DNA from: Bacteroidota bacterium | GTDB taxonomy: Bacteria; Bacteroidota; Ignavibacteria; UBA10030; UBA6906 | Assembly (NCBI GenBank): GCA_036397975.1 | Contig: DASWHW010000099.1 | Coordinates: forward strand, 700 to 64,699 | Direction: 5' to 3' | Length of the DNA: 64,000 nucleotides | Part shown: piece by piece, positions 38,303-48,558 of the stretch | How positions within the stretch are numbered: the first letter of the stretch is position 1 | How the letters are laid out: every line of letters begins with the position of its first letter | Program-made: the position numbers and the translations under genes | Notes under the pieces: model-generated | Databases searched by the model: none | What the model was told of the DNA's origin: nothing | The model's input: only the letters and a program-made list of their open reading frames with translations

Positions 38303-39130
38303 ATGAAAGAACCCTTAGCAAAACCGCCCAAGGCGTATAAGAATCTTGAGTTCCTCAACGGCCCCGAGGCTCGACTCTTTCGGATGATGGCGGAGTTCAT
38401 TGAACCTCAATCCAGGTTTCGCAAACAATCCGTCAGAGACACTATTGTATTTTTCGGTTCTGCAAGAATTAAGCCGAGAAAAGAAACGTTGAAAGAATTG
38501 AAAATGGTAGAAGCGTCAGTTTCAAAGAAGAGGCGACCCTCGAAACAAATGCTGCAAGAGTTGCGAGACTCTCATGTTCAGGTTGAAATGTCTCGATATT
38601 ACGAAGATACGGTCGAGCTTTCCCGCTTATTGACACAATGGTCCAAAACCCTCGATCGTGGGAGGCGTTTTGTTGTTTGCTCCGGGGGCGGACCGGGGAT
38701 CATGGAGGCCGCCAATAGAGGAGCAGACAAGGCAATGGGACGCTCAGTTGGACTCAATATTAGTCTTCCTTTTGAACAGTTTGCTAACCCCTTTATCAGC
38801 CCGGAATTGAACTTTGAGTTTCACTATTTCTTCATGAGAAAGTTCTGGTTCGTTTATCTTGCAAAAGCACTGGTAGTGTTTCCAGGGGGGTTTGGCACTT
38901 TTGATGAATTCATGGAAGTATTAACCCTGTTACAAACGAGCAAGATTAAAAAGAAGATGGCAGTGATACTCTATGGCCCGGACTATTGGAATAAGGTGAT
39001 CAATTTTGACGAAATGGTTAGACACGGAGTTATCGGAAAAGCCGATCTGGATCTTTTCAAGATCATAGACAGTCCGGAAGAAGCCTTTAAGTATCTCAAG
39101 AAGTGGCTTCGTCAGCACTATATCGATTAA
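38303..39130 (+). CDS. LOG-family (TIGR00730) Rossmann-fold nucleotide-binding protein
   Basis: Contains the motifs GGGPGIMEAANRGA and PGGFGTFDEF. The start is placed at the ATG at 38303; the ORF track over-extends to 38186. Confidence 0.7.
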   Translation: MKEPLAKPPKAYKNLEFLNGPEARLFRMMAEFIEPQSRFRKQSVRDTIVFFGSARIKPRKETLKELKMVEASVSKKRRPSKQMLQELRDSHVQVEMSRYYEDTVELSRLLTQWSKTLDRGRRFVVCSGGGPGIMEAANRGADKAMGRSVGLNISLPFEQFANPFISPELNFEFHYFFMRKFWFVYLAKALVVFPGGFGTFDEFMEVLTLLQTSKIKKKMAVILYGPDYWNKVINFDEMVRHGVIGKADLDLFKIIDSPEEAFKYLKKWLRQHYID

Positions 39131-39171
39131 TCGTTGCTATTCACTAAGTGGTTCGTTACATTCTCAAGCGA

Positions 39172-39540
39172 GGGGATGACTTGGTTTCGACGGGGATGGG
39201 GATGGTCCAGATTGCATACCGTGCTCTCCGAGTTGCACGATAATAAAGCGGAAAAACATAAGTGCAGACTACAACTACGCACTGGCTGCTTAATTAACGT
39301 TATGTAGCCCGTCTCGCGGAGGCTCTCCAGTTGGCTTCCAAAGAGGCGCCGACTTAGGCTGGATAGACGGCTATTTCCCTTTTCGCTAGTCGTTGAAGCC
39401 GGGAAACCGGATAAGAAGAGGTTGCCACGGCAGGATCTTGTTTGTCGGAGTCGCCGGGGCGAGCGGTGAAAGACAGACTAAGTATGTAGTAGTCTCGATG
39501 GTCTTCTCTTCGGACGCGGGTTCGACTCCCGCCATCTCCA
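39172..39540 (+). ncRNA. ssrA: tmRNA (transfer-messenger RNA, SsrA)
   Basis: 5' end GGGGATGACTTGGTTTCGACGGGG, a 3' tRNA-like T-arm GGACGCGGGTTCGACTCCCGCC, and the acceptor arm CATCTCC pairing with the 5' GGGGATG. An internal tag ORF ends ...GCA GAC TAC AAC TAC GCA CTG GCT GCT TAA (ADYNYALAA-stop). Confidence 0.85.
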
Positions 39541-39550
39541 CATTATTTCC

Positions 39551-39582
39551 ACGCCCTCAATCCTGAGGGCGTTGCTGTTTCC
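39551..39582 (+). terminator. Hairpin terminator downstream of ssrA
   Basis: ACGCCCTCA-atcc-TGAGGGCGT (9-bp perfect stem) followed by TGCTGTTTCC. Confidence 0.5.
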
Positions 39583-39588
39583 AAACTG

Positions 39589-40452
39589 ATGAATTCAGGC
39601 ATGAGAGAAGAAATCCGTTTTGTAAAGGCCTCTGGTGCAGGTAACGACTTTGTCCTTATTGACAACACCTCTGGATCCCTTGCCGCAGATCAACCTTTTC
39701 TTGCCTCGGTTCTTTGCAGGCGACACACTGGAATTGGCGCTGACGGATTGATTGTGCTCGAAAACTCCCGCAAGGCAGACTTTGCGATGAAATACTATAA
39801 TGCGGATGGGAGCTACGGAGGTATGTGCGGAAATGGCGGAAGATGTGCCGCCCTCTTTGCCGCCGAAAACGGACTTGCCAGATCCAGGTTGTCGTTTGAA
39901 GCGCTGGATTTCGTTTATCGTGCCGAGGTTACCGGCGGGTCAGTGAAGCTCGCTATGAAGAATCCAGGACCTATAACAACTCGAAAACTACATATCCGCT
40001 CTGACGACTTTGACCTCACATGTGTTGATACCGGTTCTCCACATGCAGTTGTCTTTGAAGAAGATCTGGAGAGAGCTGATGTCGCTGGAATCGGGAAGGA
40101 AATTCGGGAGCATGAGTCGTTCAAGCCGCATGGCACAAATGTCAACTTCGTACAAAAGGGGGTGAGTGCTGAGATTCCATATCGGACTTACGAGCGGGGA
40201 GTTGAAGCTGAAACTCTTGCGTGTGGAACAGGGGCCGTGGCCATCGCGATCGCCTCACATTTCTGTCATGCAACAAGCTCTCCTGTAATGCTTAGAACGA
40301 GAAGCAACGAAAATCTCACCGTAAGTTTTCAAACCGACCGCGCATCTTATACGGATGTTATTCTAGAAGGACCGGCCATTATCTTGTTCGAGGGTAGATT
40401 TTTATATGATTCAATCTCAGGTAGGATCTCTCTTTTGAATTCTGGCAGATAA
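39589..40452 (+). CDS. dapF: Diaminopimelate epimerase
   Basis: N-terminal motif FVKASGAGNDFVLIDN, and the catalytic cysteine motifs GGMCGNGGRCAA and ACGTGAVAIA. Confidence 0.88.
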   Translation: MNSGMREEIRFVKASGAGNDFVLIDNTSGSLAADQPFLASVLCRRHTGIGADGLIVLENSRKADFAMKYYNADGSYGGMCGNGGRCAALFAAENGLARSRLSFEALDFVYRAEVTGGSVKLAMKNPGPITTRKLHIRSDDFDLTCVDTGSPHAVVFEEDLERADVAGIGKEIREHESFKPHGTNVNFVQKGVSAEIPYRTYERGVEAETLACGTGAVAIAIASHFCHATSSPVMLRTRSNENLTVSFQTDRASYTDVILEGPAIILFEGRFLYDSISGRISLLNSGR

Positions 40453-40462
40453 CAGGACTTGA

Positions 40463-41374
40463 ATGCGGCCTACCTTATTCATTATTAATCCGAAAGCTGG
40501 CAATGCGTCCAGAAAGATCACTAGACTCCTTCAGAGTTTCGCCCAAAGTCATCCAGTGAGTATGGAATTTGTTGAAACAAGGCATTCCGGCCATGCCACC
40601 GAAATTGCTCGTCACAGTAAAAAGGAGTGCATCGTCGCTGTTGGTGGCGATGGGACAGTGAACGAAGTGATTAATGGACTTATTGGAAGCAAGAAAACCC
40701 TTGGAGTCGTTCCCACCGGATCCGGAAACGACTTCATAAAGGCGATTGGAATGGAGAACTCAGTAGAAGCTGCACTAAAGTCCTTGACAAGTGGAGCGAC
40801 TTTAAGTATTGATATTGGAAGCGTCGAGGTAACACTTCCTAATAGTTCTTCGAAGAATATCTACTTCGGAAATGGGATCGGCGCTGGATTTGACGCTTCG
40901 GTTGCTGTTAAGGCAAGCAAGATAAAGTACATCACAGGAACATTGCGATACGCGCTGGCCGTGATGAACACACTCGGGACATATAGTGCTCCTGAGTTTA
41001 CTGTTAGAGTAGATTCCAGAGTTTTCCAAGGAAAATACCTTTTGATCGCGGTTGGCAATGGTCCATGCGCAGGAGGTGGTTTCTATCTGACTCCCGATGC
41101 AAAGCCAAACGACGGACTTCTGGACGTGTGCACAATCAAGGATCTCTCTATGCCTGGGATTCTGCGTGTGATGCCTAAGGTGATGATGGGAAAACATGGA
41201 AGCCATTCAGCAGTACACTTCGACCTAGGGGCAGAACTATCTATATCCGCCGACGAGCCTTTTGCTGTTCACGCAGATGGAGAGATACTGGGGCAGGATG
41301 TGCTTGCTGTAAAGGTTGGTATCGTGAGGAATGGTATAAATGTCGCTGTCCCAGCAGCCTCGACAGGTATCTAA
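40463..41374 (+). CDS. Diacylglycerol kinase-family lipid kinase (YegS/BmrU-like)
   Basis: DAGK catalytic-domain motifs (VAVGGDGTVNEV, GVVPTGSGNDF). Confidence 0.7.
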   Translation: MRPTLFIINPKAGNASRKITRLLQSFAQSHPVSMEFVETRHSGHATEIARHSKKECIVAVGGDGTVNEVINGLIGSKKTLGVVPTGSGNDFIKAIGMENSVEAALKSLTSGATLSIDIGSVEVTLPNSSSKNIYFGNGIGAGFDASVAVKASKIKYITGTLRYALAVMNTLGTYSAPEFTVRVDSRVFQGKYLLIAVGNGPCAGGGFYLTPDAKPNDGLLDVCTIKDLSMPGILRVMPKVMMGKHGSHSAVHFDLGAELSISADEPFAVHADGEILGQDVLAVKVGIVRNGINVAVPAASTGI

Positions 41375-41393
41375 TAATATATATTATGTAAAG

Positions 41394-43643
41394 TCAACCA
41401 ACTTTGCTTCCGATGGAATTCCAGTATATCTCGGAAACCTCCACAAGCTTCAAGTCTAGCACCCCTTCTACCATAAAAGACTCTCCGCCAACTCTACCAA
41501 TGACAGCCGCCGGAACGTTCGCATCACGGGCCATCTCCAAAGTTTTGTGAACCCACATTGGATCGAGAGCCAAAATGACTCTCGACTGATCCTCTCCAAA
41601 CAGCTGTGAATCAATGCGGAAGGTTGACTCAGCCAAAGTGATAGACGCACCTATAGGATTGTCAAGATCTCCAATGCAACATTCTGCTATTGCCACCGCA
41701 AGTCCACCGTCTGAACAATCATGAGCTGTTTTCACCAGCCCACTCTCAATCAGAGCGACAACCAGTTGATGTAGATTCCTTGCGACATCCAATAAGAGCT
41801 TCGGAGCATCTCCTGCTACATGACCATGGATGGTCGCCAAATATTCAGACCCGCCAACATGTCCCTCTGTTTTGCCCAACAGGACAATCAAATCCCCCTC
41901 ATCTTGAAAACATGCGCTAGGGCATTTTGTGACGTCATCAACAAGGCCCAGCATGCCAATCACAGGCGTTGGGAACACCGCACCGCTAGGATTCTCGTTA
42001 TAAAAACTCACGTTCCCGCCCGTGACCGGTGTTCCAAGGGCTTTGCATGCATCCCCAATTCCTCGGACAGACTCCTTGAATTGCCAATAGATTTCGGGCT
42101 TGTACGGATTCCCAAAGTTCAGGCAATTGGTTATTGCCAAAGGAGTTCCACCCACACAAGCAACATTTCGAGCAGCCTCTGCTACGGCGATCATCCCTCC
42201 ACGGTAAGGGTTGAGATAAACGTATCGACTATTACAGTCAGTTTTGATCGCCAGGCCCTTAAGCGATTTCTTCAAAAGAACTACTGCAGCGTCAGCTTGA
42301 CTTAATACTACATTATTTGTTCTGACCATCCGATCATATTGCTCGTACACGAAACGCTTGCTCGCAATATTTGGAGACCCCATCAATCTCAGTAGCACTC
42401 CACCGAGATCATCGGGGATTGGAACCGAGGTCAGGTCAAATGATCTTGTCCGCTTAAGGTAGCCTGGCTCTGTGGCCTCTCTGGTATAAACGGGAGCACC
42501 ACCTCCAAGGACGAGGCTCTCCCCTGGAACGTCTGCAACAATTCTTCCCCGGTACCTAACTTTGACCCTTTCCGTGTTTGTTACCGATCCAATAATCTGG
42601 GCGTGCAGGTCCCACTTTTCGAATATGGCTGTCACTTCGTCTTCGTGCCCATTCTCGACAACAGCCAGCATTCGTTCCTGAGATTCCGACAGCATAAGTT
42701 CGTATGCGCTCATTCCAGATTCTCGTGCCGGGACGCGATCGAGATCGATATCCATCCCGACCTTTCCACGTGCAGACATTTCCAACGTTGAACAGGTAAT
42801 GCCGGCAGCCCCCATATCCTGAATACCAACGACATGCCCGGAGCGAATTGCTTCAAGAGTCGCTTCGAGCAACAGCTTCTCGGTAAATGGGTCGCCAACT
42901 TGAACTGAAGGGCGCTTCGCCTCCGATTCCTCAGATATTTCTTCGGAGGCAAAGGTCGCACCGTGAATTCCATCTCTCCCTGTCGCCGAACCTACTATCA
43001 ACACCGGATTCCCGACACCTTTCGCAACAGCACTAGCCCATTCTCCATGCTTCACCACACCGACTGCCATTGCATTGACCAATGGGTTCTCGCTATAACT
43101 CTCGTCGAAGTAAACCTCACCTGCAACAGTCGGAACACCGAAGCTATTTCCGTAATCACCAATTCCTTTTACGACTCCTTTGAAAAGGTATTTGGTTTTT
43201 GGGTCCTCTAATGTTCCGAAGCGAAGAGAATTCAGCGCAGCAATTGGGCGGGCCCCCATGGTAAAAATATCCCGCATGATTCCACCAACACCAGTGGCTG
43301 CGCCTTGATATGGTTCTACGGCCGAAGGGTGATTATGACTCTCAATCTTAAACGCCACCGCAAGTCCATCTCCGATGTCAACCAGGCCAGCATTCTCTTC
43401 TCCTGCCTCCACCATTAGTCGACCACCGGAGCGTGGGAGGGTTTTCAACACGGCAATCGAGTTCTTGTAGCTGCAATGTTCGCTCCACATAACGCTGTAT
43501 ATTCCCAACTCCGTATACGTAGGCACTCGCCCCAACAGTTCAAGTATTTTTTCGTACTCATCCTTGCTTAGCCCTTGCTTCAGTGCCAGATCAATATCGA
43601 CAGCAGGTTCTTCCTCGACGACACCGTGAGTTATCGAATTCAT
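41394..43643 (-). CDS. purL: Phosphoribosylformylglycinamidine synthase subunit PurL (large subunit of the split FGAM synthetase)
   Basis: 749 aa with duplicated PurM-like domains ([31 protein letters not shown]). Confidence 0.9.
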   Translation of the reverse strand: MNSITHGVVEEEPAVDIDLALKQGLSKDEYEKILELLGRVPTYTELGIYSVMWSEHCSYKNSIAVLKTLPRSGGRLMVEAGEENAGLVDIGDGLAVAFKIESHNHPSAVEPYQGAATGVGGIMRDIFTMGARPIAALNSLRFGTLEDPKTKYLFKGVVKGIGDYGNSFGVPTVAGEVYFDESYSENPLVNAMAVGVVKHGEWASAVAKGVGNPVLIVGSATGRDGIHGATFASEEISEESEAKRPSVQVGDPFTEKLLLEATLEAIRSGHVVGIQDMGAAGITCSTLEMSARGKVGMDIDLDRVPARESGMSAYELMLSESQERMLAVVENGHEDEVTAIFEKWDLHAQIIGSVTNTERVKVRYRGRIVADVPGESLVLGGGAPVYTREATEPGYLKRTRSFDLTSVPIPDDLGGVLLRLMGSPNIASKRFVYEQYDRMVRTNNVVLSQADAAVVLLKKSLKGLAIKTDCNSRYVYLNPYRGGMIAVAEAARNVACVGGTPLAITNCLNFGNPYKPEIYWQFKESVRGIGDACKALGTPVTGGNVSFYNENPSGAVFPTPVIGMLGLVDDVTKCPSACFQDEGDLIVLLGKTEGHVGGSEYLATIHGHVAGDAPKLLLDVARNLHQLVVALIESGLVKTAHDCSDGGLAVAIAECCIGDLDNPIGASITLAESTFRIDSQLFGEDQSRVILALDPMWVHKTLEMARDANVPAAVIGRVGGESFMVEGVLDLKLVEVSEIYWNSIGSKVG

Positions 43644-44140
43644 GCGCTCTCCAATTCAAGTAACAGAGTTCCTTTTTCAACAGTGTTTCCTTTTTTTACG
43701 AGAATAGATTTTACCTTCCCTGCCTGAGGCGATTTGATCTCATTTTCCATCTTCATCGCTTCAAGTATGATCAAGCCCTGTCCAGCCGTAATCAAATCTC
43801 CCACGCTCACTTCGACCTTCACAACAAGCGCAGGCATTGGGGCAAAGACCTTTTCTTTGCTTCCTTTCGTGGAGGACGATCCTCCGTATCGTTTCAGCAA
43901 CGCATCTCTCTCGCTCTCAACGATTACTTCCATCAACTGTCCATCCACAATCAGGTTGACCACCGAACCATTGCGACAAAAAGCAACGCGGTACGACTTG
44001 CCATTCATTAAAAGTGACATTTCTTTTTCGGAGAGCATGGTTGAATGCACGGCTATCTTCTCGGAGCCAATGGTAAACAGACCGTCGGCCCCGACCGTCA
44101 CGTCGTACCGGTGTTCACCTATGGCGCAATTGTACATCAT
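43640..44140 (-). CDS. Biotin/lipoyl-attachment (biotin carboxyl carrier) protein
   Basis: C-terminal biotinyl domain with EAMKMENEI. The ~90-aa N-terminal domain is unrelated to the AccB linker. Its start overlaps the purL-side gene by 4 nt. Confidence 0.7.
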   Translation of the reverse strand: MMYNCAIGEHRYDVTVGADGLFTIGSEKIAVHSTMLSEKEMSLLMNGKSYRVAFCRNGSVVNLIVDGQLMEVIVESERDALLKRYGGSSSTKGSKEKVFAPMPALVVKVEVSVGDLITAGQGLIILEAMKMENEIKSPQAGKVKSILVKKGNTVEKGTLLLELESA

Positions 44141-45640
44141 TCACGCATCTCGCAGCAAATCCTTACGTTGGTTCTTCCATTCATTCCAATTCGATCGCAA
44201 ACCGTTCTCGTGTTGTTTGCTTCCGTTGGCTGTCATTACGGCGACAATCGCGGCAGTGCGCATAACTTCTTCGTCGGGAAGAGAGAGAGAATCTGAAGTA
44301 AAATGTTTTTGGAGGAAATGAGTGTCAATAGTTCCTGCGCAAAAATCACGGTGCGTTAACACGAATTCACACAAGGGAATATTCGTCTTCACACCCAGTA
44401 TTTCAAATTCCCTGAGCGCACGCAACATGCGGCCCAGCATTTCCTCGCGCGTCTGACCCCATGCAATAAGTTTGGCGATCATGGGATCGTAGAATACAGA
44501 AACCTCTCCCCCCTCATCAATTCCCCTATCTTCGCGAATTCCGATCCCGCCTGCGGGTTTCAGGTGAACAATCTTGCCGGTGCTGGGGAGAAAATCATCT
44601 GCAGGATCTTCTGCACTGATACGGCATTCCAACGCATGGCCTCTGAATGTAATATCGTCCTGCGAAAAGCTGAGGGGATTCCCCGATGCGATTGAAATCT
44701 GTTGGGCAACGAGATCAATTCCGGTTCTTAGTTCCGTAATAGGATGTTCCACTTGAAGCCGGGTATTCATTTCAAGAAAGTAAAAGTTCCTTTTCGAATC
44801 CATGAGAAACTCGATGGTCCCAGCATTCTCATAAGCACATGCCCTTGCTGCACCCGTAGCCATCTTTCCCATTTTCTTTCGAAGGTCTTCGTCCAGAAAC
44901 ACTGAAGGGGACTCTTCGATGATTTTCTGATGCCTCCGTTGAATTGTGCACTCCCGTTCTCCCAAGTGGACAACAGAGCCCTGCTTATCGGCCAGGATCT
45001 GAAACTCGACATGACGAGGACTATCAAGATACTTCTCCACGTAAATACGATCATCCCCGAAGCTGGCGGCCGCTTCAGATTGAGCTGTGGCGAACGCGGG
45101 CGCAAGTTCCACATCTGAGCGCACAACGCGCATGCCCTTTCCCCCACCCCCGGCCGCGGCCTTAATCAACACAGGATAGTCATTGGTCTCAATGAACGCT
45201 TTCACATCACCAATGGACTTTATTGCAGGAGTTCCCGGGACGACGGGAACGTTCGCTTTTTGCATTAACTTTCGCGCTTCGGTTTTGTCCCCCATTGCAC
45301 GCATCGACTCAGGACGAGGCCCAATGAAGATGATGCCTGCCTCAGTAACACGTTCTGCAAAATCAGGATTTTCTGAAAGGAACCCGTATCCCGGGTGAAT
45401 CGCGTCCGCCTCGGAAACCTTCGCCACTTCAAGAATCTTTTCCATGCGAAGGTAGCTCTCGCGCGAAGGGCCCGGTCCGAGCAGGAACGCTTCATTCGAC
45501 ATTTGAACGTGTGGAGAAATCGTATCCACGGCGGAATAGACTGCAACAGTCTTGATGCCCAACTCGCGGCAGGTTCGGATTATTCGAACCGCAATCTCCC
45601 CCCGGTTTGCAATGAGTATTTTTGAGATCTTCTTTTTCAT
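44141..45640 (-). CDS. accC: Biotin carboxylase (acetyl-CoA carboxylase-type, AccC family)
   Basis: 499 aa with ATP-grasp motifs (GGGGKGMRVV, EMNTRLQVEHPITE). Confidence 0.88.
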   Translation of the reverse strand: MKKKISKILIANRGEIAVRIIRTCRELGIKTVAVYSAVDTISPHVQMSNEAFLLGPGPSRESYLRMEKILEVAKVSEADAIHPGYGFLSENPDFAERVTEAGIIFIGPRPESMRAMGDKTEARKLMQKANVPVVPGTPAIKSIGDVKAFIETNDYPVLIKAAAGGGGKGMRVVRSDVELAPAFATAQSEAAASFGDDRIYVEKYLDSPRHVEFQILADKQGSVVHLGERECTIQRRHQKIIEESPSVFLDEDLRKKMGKMATGAARACAYENAGTIEFLMDSKRNFYFLEMNTRLQVEHPITELRTGIDLVAQQISIASGNPLSFSQDDITFRGHALECRISAEDPADDFLPSTGKIVHLKPAGGIGIREDRGIDEGGEVSVFYDPMIAKLIAWGQTREEMLGRMLRALREFEILGVKTNIPLCEFVLTHRDFCAGTIDTHFLQKHFTSDSLSLPDEEVMRTAAIVAVMTANGSKQHENGLRSNWNEWKNQRKDLLRDA

Positions 45641-45646
45641 CAGTAT

Positions 45647-48004
45647 TTAGTCAGCAAGGTCAACGATCGTCACGCCCATCCCACCTTCATTCCAATCACC
45701 AAGACGGAACGATCGAACCCTTGGATGAGATGAAAGGAAGTCGCCCACCTTTTTCCTCAGCGCCCCTGTTCCCTTCCCATGGATGATATCGACTCTGTTT
45801 AACCCTGACAGTATTGCACTGTCAATAAATTTATCTACTTGAGAGAGCGCCTCAGCGCCTGTCATCCCGCGCAGATCAAGCTCTTGCTGAACATCGTCGG
45901 GCTTCTCAATCGAGCTCACGTTCACACGGGACCTTGCACGCTTGTCGCCCTTCGCTGGCACCAGTTGCGATAGAGGTACTCTTATCTTGAGAGCTCCAAA
46001 TACGACTGTGGCCGTTTCCTTATCGATTGAAATAATCTCTCCCATCTCCGACCCCTCATCGAGAACAACGAGTGATCCCTCATGAAGTAAGGCGCCGTTC
46101 CCTTCGGCCACTGGTACAGCCCGCACCGTTTCCTCTTCCCTGTCGATCTCCTTTCGCAGGGAATCAAGAATGGCTCCTGACGTCTTTATGGAGTCACGTG
46201 ATGCCTCCTGCTCGCGAATCTCCTTAATCGCCTGTTCAATAAGAGCGTTGGCTTTGTCCACTAAAACCTTGGCCTCTGAAACGGCAGCCCTCTTTAACTC
46301 TCTCAGTTCCTTTGACTGATTCTTTAGTTTTGACTCATACTCTGACTTGAGAGTTCGTAACCCCGATTCATTCTCACGAGCCTCCCTTAGTTTTTCCTCG
46401 TATTGTTGAACCGATGATTCAAGCTTTGTCAGGAGTTCATCCAATTTTACCCGGCCAGGGCCAAGTAGCGCACGTGCGCGTCCAAGTAGCTCGGGGGAAA
46501 GACCCAGCCTCTCAGCCATTTCCAGCGCAAAGCTGCTACCCGGGATTCCCGACCGGAACCTATAGGTTGGCGCAAGGGTAGAGTGATCAAATTCCATTGC
46601 ACCATTTTCAATGCCTTCAGTTTCATGAGCAAAGAGTTTCAACATTCCGTGATGTGTTGTTGCAATTGTGAGAGTCCTTCGCTTCGTTAGTAATTCGAGG
46701 AAGGATGCTGCAATTGAACTTCCCTCTGCCGGGTCTGTCCCCGATCCAATTTCATCTATCAACACCAGGCTATGCTCGTCAGCGTTCCGGGAGATTTCTT
46801 TGAGGTTCTTCAAATGCGAACTGAACGTACTCAAGTCATTCTCGACTGATTGGTCATCGCCAATATCGACAAAAACCTTACGAAATGCCCTTACGGAAGC
46901 TTCGCTGGCTGGAATATGGAGACCTGATTGTATCATCAGGACGAGCAGCCCCACGCATTTCATCGCAACGCTTTTTCCACCGGCATTCGGCCCGCTGATC
47001 ACAAGCGTAGAGTACTCATCTCCGAGGGTGAGATCAAGGGGGACGGTGCCGGCGTACCCATGCGCCTGAAGGAGCAATGGGTGTCGCGCCCCCTTGAAAA
47101 CGAGCTGGCCATCCGCGGTAACGGTTGCAGCTCGACCCACAACTTCGATCGAATGCTTTCCTTTTGCCTGCAAGGCATCGAGATGTGCAAGTATCTCCAG
47201 ATTTACCTGCAACCATTGACGCGCTTCCCCTATTTGAACCGTGATTTCTTTGAGAAGTCGTGTAATCTCCCGTTGTTCCTGAAACTGCAGACTACGAATC
47301 TCGTTATTAAGATCGAGCGTCTCTGTCGGCTCGATAAACACCGTTGCCCCGCTTGCGGACGCACTGTGAATGAATCCGGATACTTGATTCTTATGTTCTA
47401 CCTTGACCGGAAGAACCATCCGACCTTCCCGGGTTGTTATGATCTCCTCCTGACTGAAACCTGCGTCGGAAACGCGACGAAGGATATCACCGAGCTTCTT
47501 GCGAAGAGATTCATACTTCTCCGCAATGGAACGTCGAATCGTCTGGAGTTCCTTGGAGGCGGTTACTTTCACTTCACCACTCTCGTCAACCGTCTTCTCA
47601 ATATTGAATTCAAGAACTTTGTCCACCTCAATAGTCTCGGCGATTTCCCAGACCAAAGGGGATTGCTCTTTGTGTTTTTGGAGGAATGATCGAATCAGGC
47701 GACTAGCGTTGAGGGTCGAACCCACGTGCAAGATTTCGGTTCCTGAAAGAAGAGCGCCATCCACAGAGGATTTTTGAAGGATAGCTGCGATGGGAAAGAT
47801 GCCGTCAATTGGAATCTCCGACTCACTCTCCAGCAAGGACTTCATCTCAGAGACGGTGGATAATTCCTTAGTGATAATCTCGGGAGAGGTTTGAACCTGA
47901 ATATTTTTGAGGAACCGAGCACCGGGTTCTGATCTGGTGTATCGCACGATGCGCCGGAGAACTCTATCAAACTCAAGTTTCGCCAGGGCATTCGCAAAGG
48001 GCAT
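45647..48004 (-). CDS. mutS2: Endonuclease MutS2 (MutS domain plus a C-terminal Smr domain)
   Basis: 785 aa with a Walker A (GPNAGGKSV) and a C-terminal Smr domain (LDLRGMTGAEAL...IIHGKGTGALR). Confidence 0.9.
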   Translation of the reverse strand: MPFANALAKLEFDRVLRRIVRYTRSEPGARFLKNIQVQTSPEIITKELSTVSEMKSLLESESEIPIDGIFPIAAILQKSSVDGALLSGTEILHVGSTLNASRLIRSFLQKHKEQSPLVWEIAETIEVDKVLEFNIEKTVDESGEVKVTASKELQTIRRSIAEKYESLRKKLGDILRRVSDAGFSQEEIITTREGRMVLPVKVEHKNQVSGFIHSASASGATVFIEPTETLDLNNEIRSLQFQEQREITRLLKEITVQIGEARQWLQVNLEILAHLDALQAKGKHSIEVVGRAATVTADGQLVFKGARHPLLLQAHGYAGTVPLDLTLGDEYSTLVISGPNAGGKSVAMKCVGLLVLMIQSGLHIPASEASVRAFRKVFVDIGDDQSVENDLSTFSSHLKNLKEISRNADEHSLVLIDEIGSGTDPAEGSSIAASFLELLTKRRTLTIATTHHGMLKLFAHETEGIENGAMEFDHSTLAPTYRFRSGIPGSSFALEMAERLGLSPELLGRARALLGPGRVKLDELLTKLESSVQQYEEKLREARENESGLRTLKSEYESKLKNQSKELRELKRAAVSEAKVLVDKANALIEQAIKEIREQEASRDSIKTSGAILDSLRKEIDREEETVRAVPVAEGNGALLHEGSLVVLDEGSEMGEIISIDKETATVVFGALKIRVPLSQLVPAKGDKRARSRVNVSSIEKPDDVQQELDLRGMTGAEALSQVDKFIDSAILSGLNRVDIIHGKGTGALRKKVGDFLSSHPRVRSFRLGDWNEGGMGVTIVDLAD

Positions 48005-48558
48005 CAGAGATTCTCTTTGACGGTCCGTGCCCGTACCTTGAGCGATGATTCATCAAAAACACGTGCCAGTTCCAGGCGAAGTTCTTTGCCGCCAGGAACC
48101 AGAGGCTCAATCGTCACAAATGTTGACTGAGCCAATCCGGCAAGGGGGCCATAGAGGATCGATTCGTCGCGCGATTCCTGGTCAGGAGTACCATAGGCAC
48201 GAAACAAGATCATGCAGATGCTGATGATAAGTGCTCCTTCGAACAACCCAAAAAGGCCACCAAAAAAATGGCTGGATTCACTCGAGGGACCGATAGATTC
48301 GAACTTACGGTAAAGAAGAATTCCAGGAATGATTGTTGCGCCGAGAATAATGAACATGGCTATGGCATATCCCTGCTGATCCGACAAGACAAACTCATCA
48401 AAAAACCATTCTCCTATTGGTTGAGCGAATTGAGCGATCGCGATAATTGTTGTGAGTGCCAGAAGAAGATTGAACACTTTCCGTCGCAGTCCGGCTCGGT
48501 ATCCAAGAGCTGTTGCAATGAACAATCCTGACAACAAGAAGACATCGAGAAGAATCAT
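48004..48558 (-). CDS. cvpA: CvpA-family membrane protein (colicin V production protein-like)
   Basis: 184 aa with four TM segments, in the conserved position upstream of mutS2. It overlaps its neighbours by 1 nt and 4 nt. Confidence 0.65.
   Translation of the reverse strand: MILLDVFLLSGLFIATALGYRAGLRRKVFNLLLALTTIIAIAQFAQPIGEWFFDEFVLSDQQGYAIAMFIILGATIIPGILLYRKFESIGPSSESSHFFGGLFGLFEGALIISICMILFRAYGTPDQESRDESILYGPLAGLAQSTFVTIEPLVPGGKELRLELARVFDESSLKVRARTVKENL

Noticed and set aside
36174-39582. Possible genomic island anchored at tRNA-Lys or tmRNA
   Set aside because: The flanking genes (ldcA, ygfZ, the LOG gene, dapF, the lipid kinase gene) are housekeeping-like. There is no integrase, no direct repeat of the tRNA 3' end and no compositional shift that I can see.
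43734-44321. 195-aa ORF on the plus strand
   Set aside because: Antisense to the biotin carrier/accC junction. The minus-strand products carry the biotinylation motif EAMKME and ATP-grasp motifs.
46928-47689. 253-aa ORF on the plus strand
   Set aside because: Antisense inside mutS2, whose Walker A and Smr domains are unambiguous.
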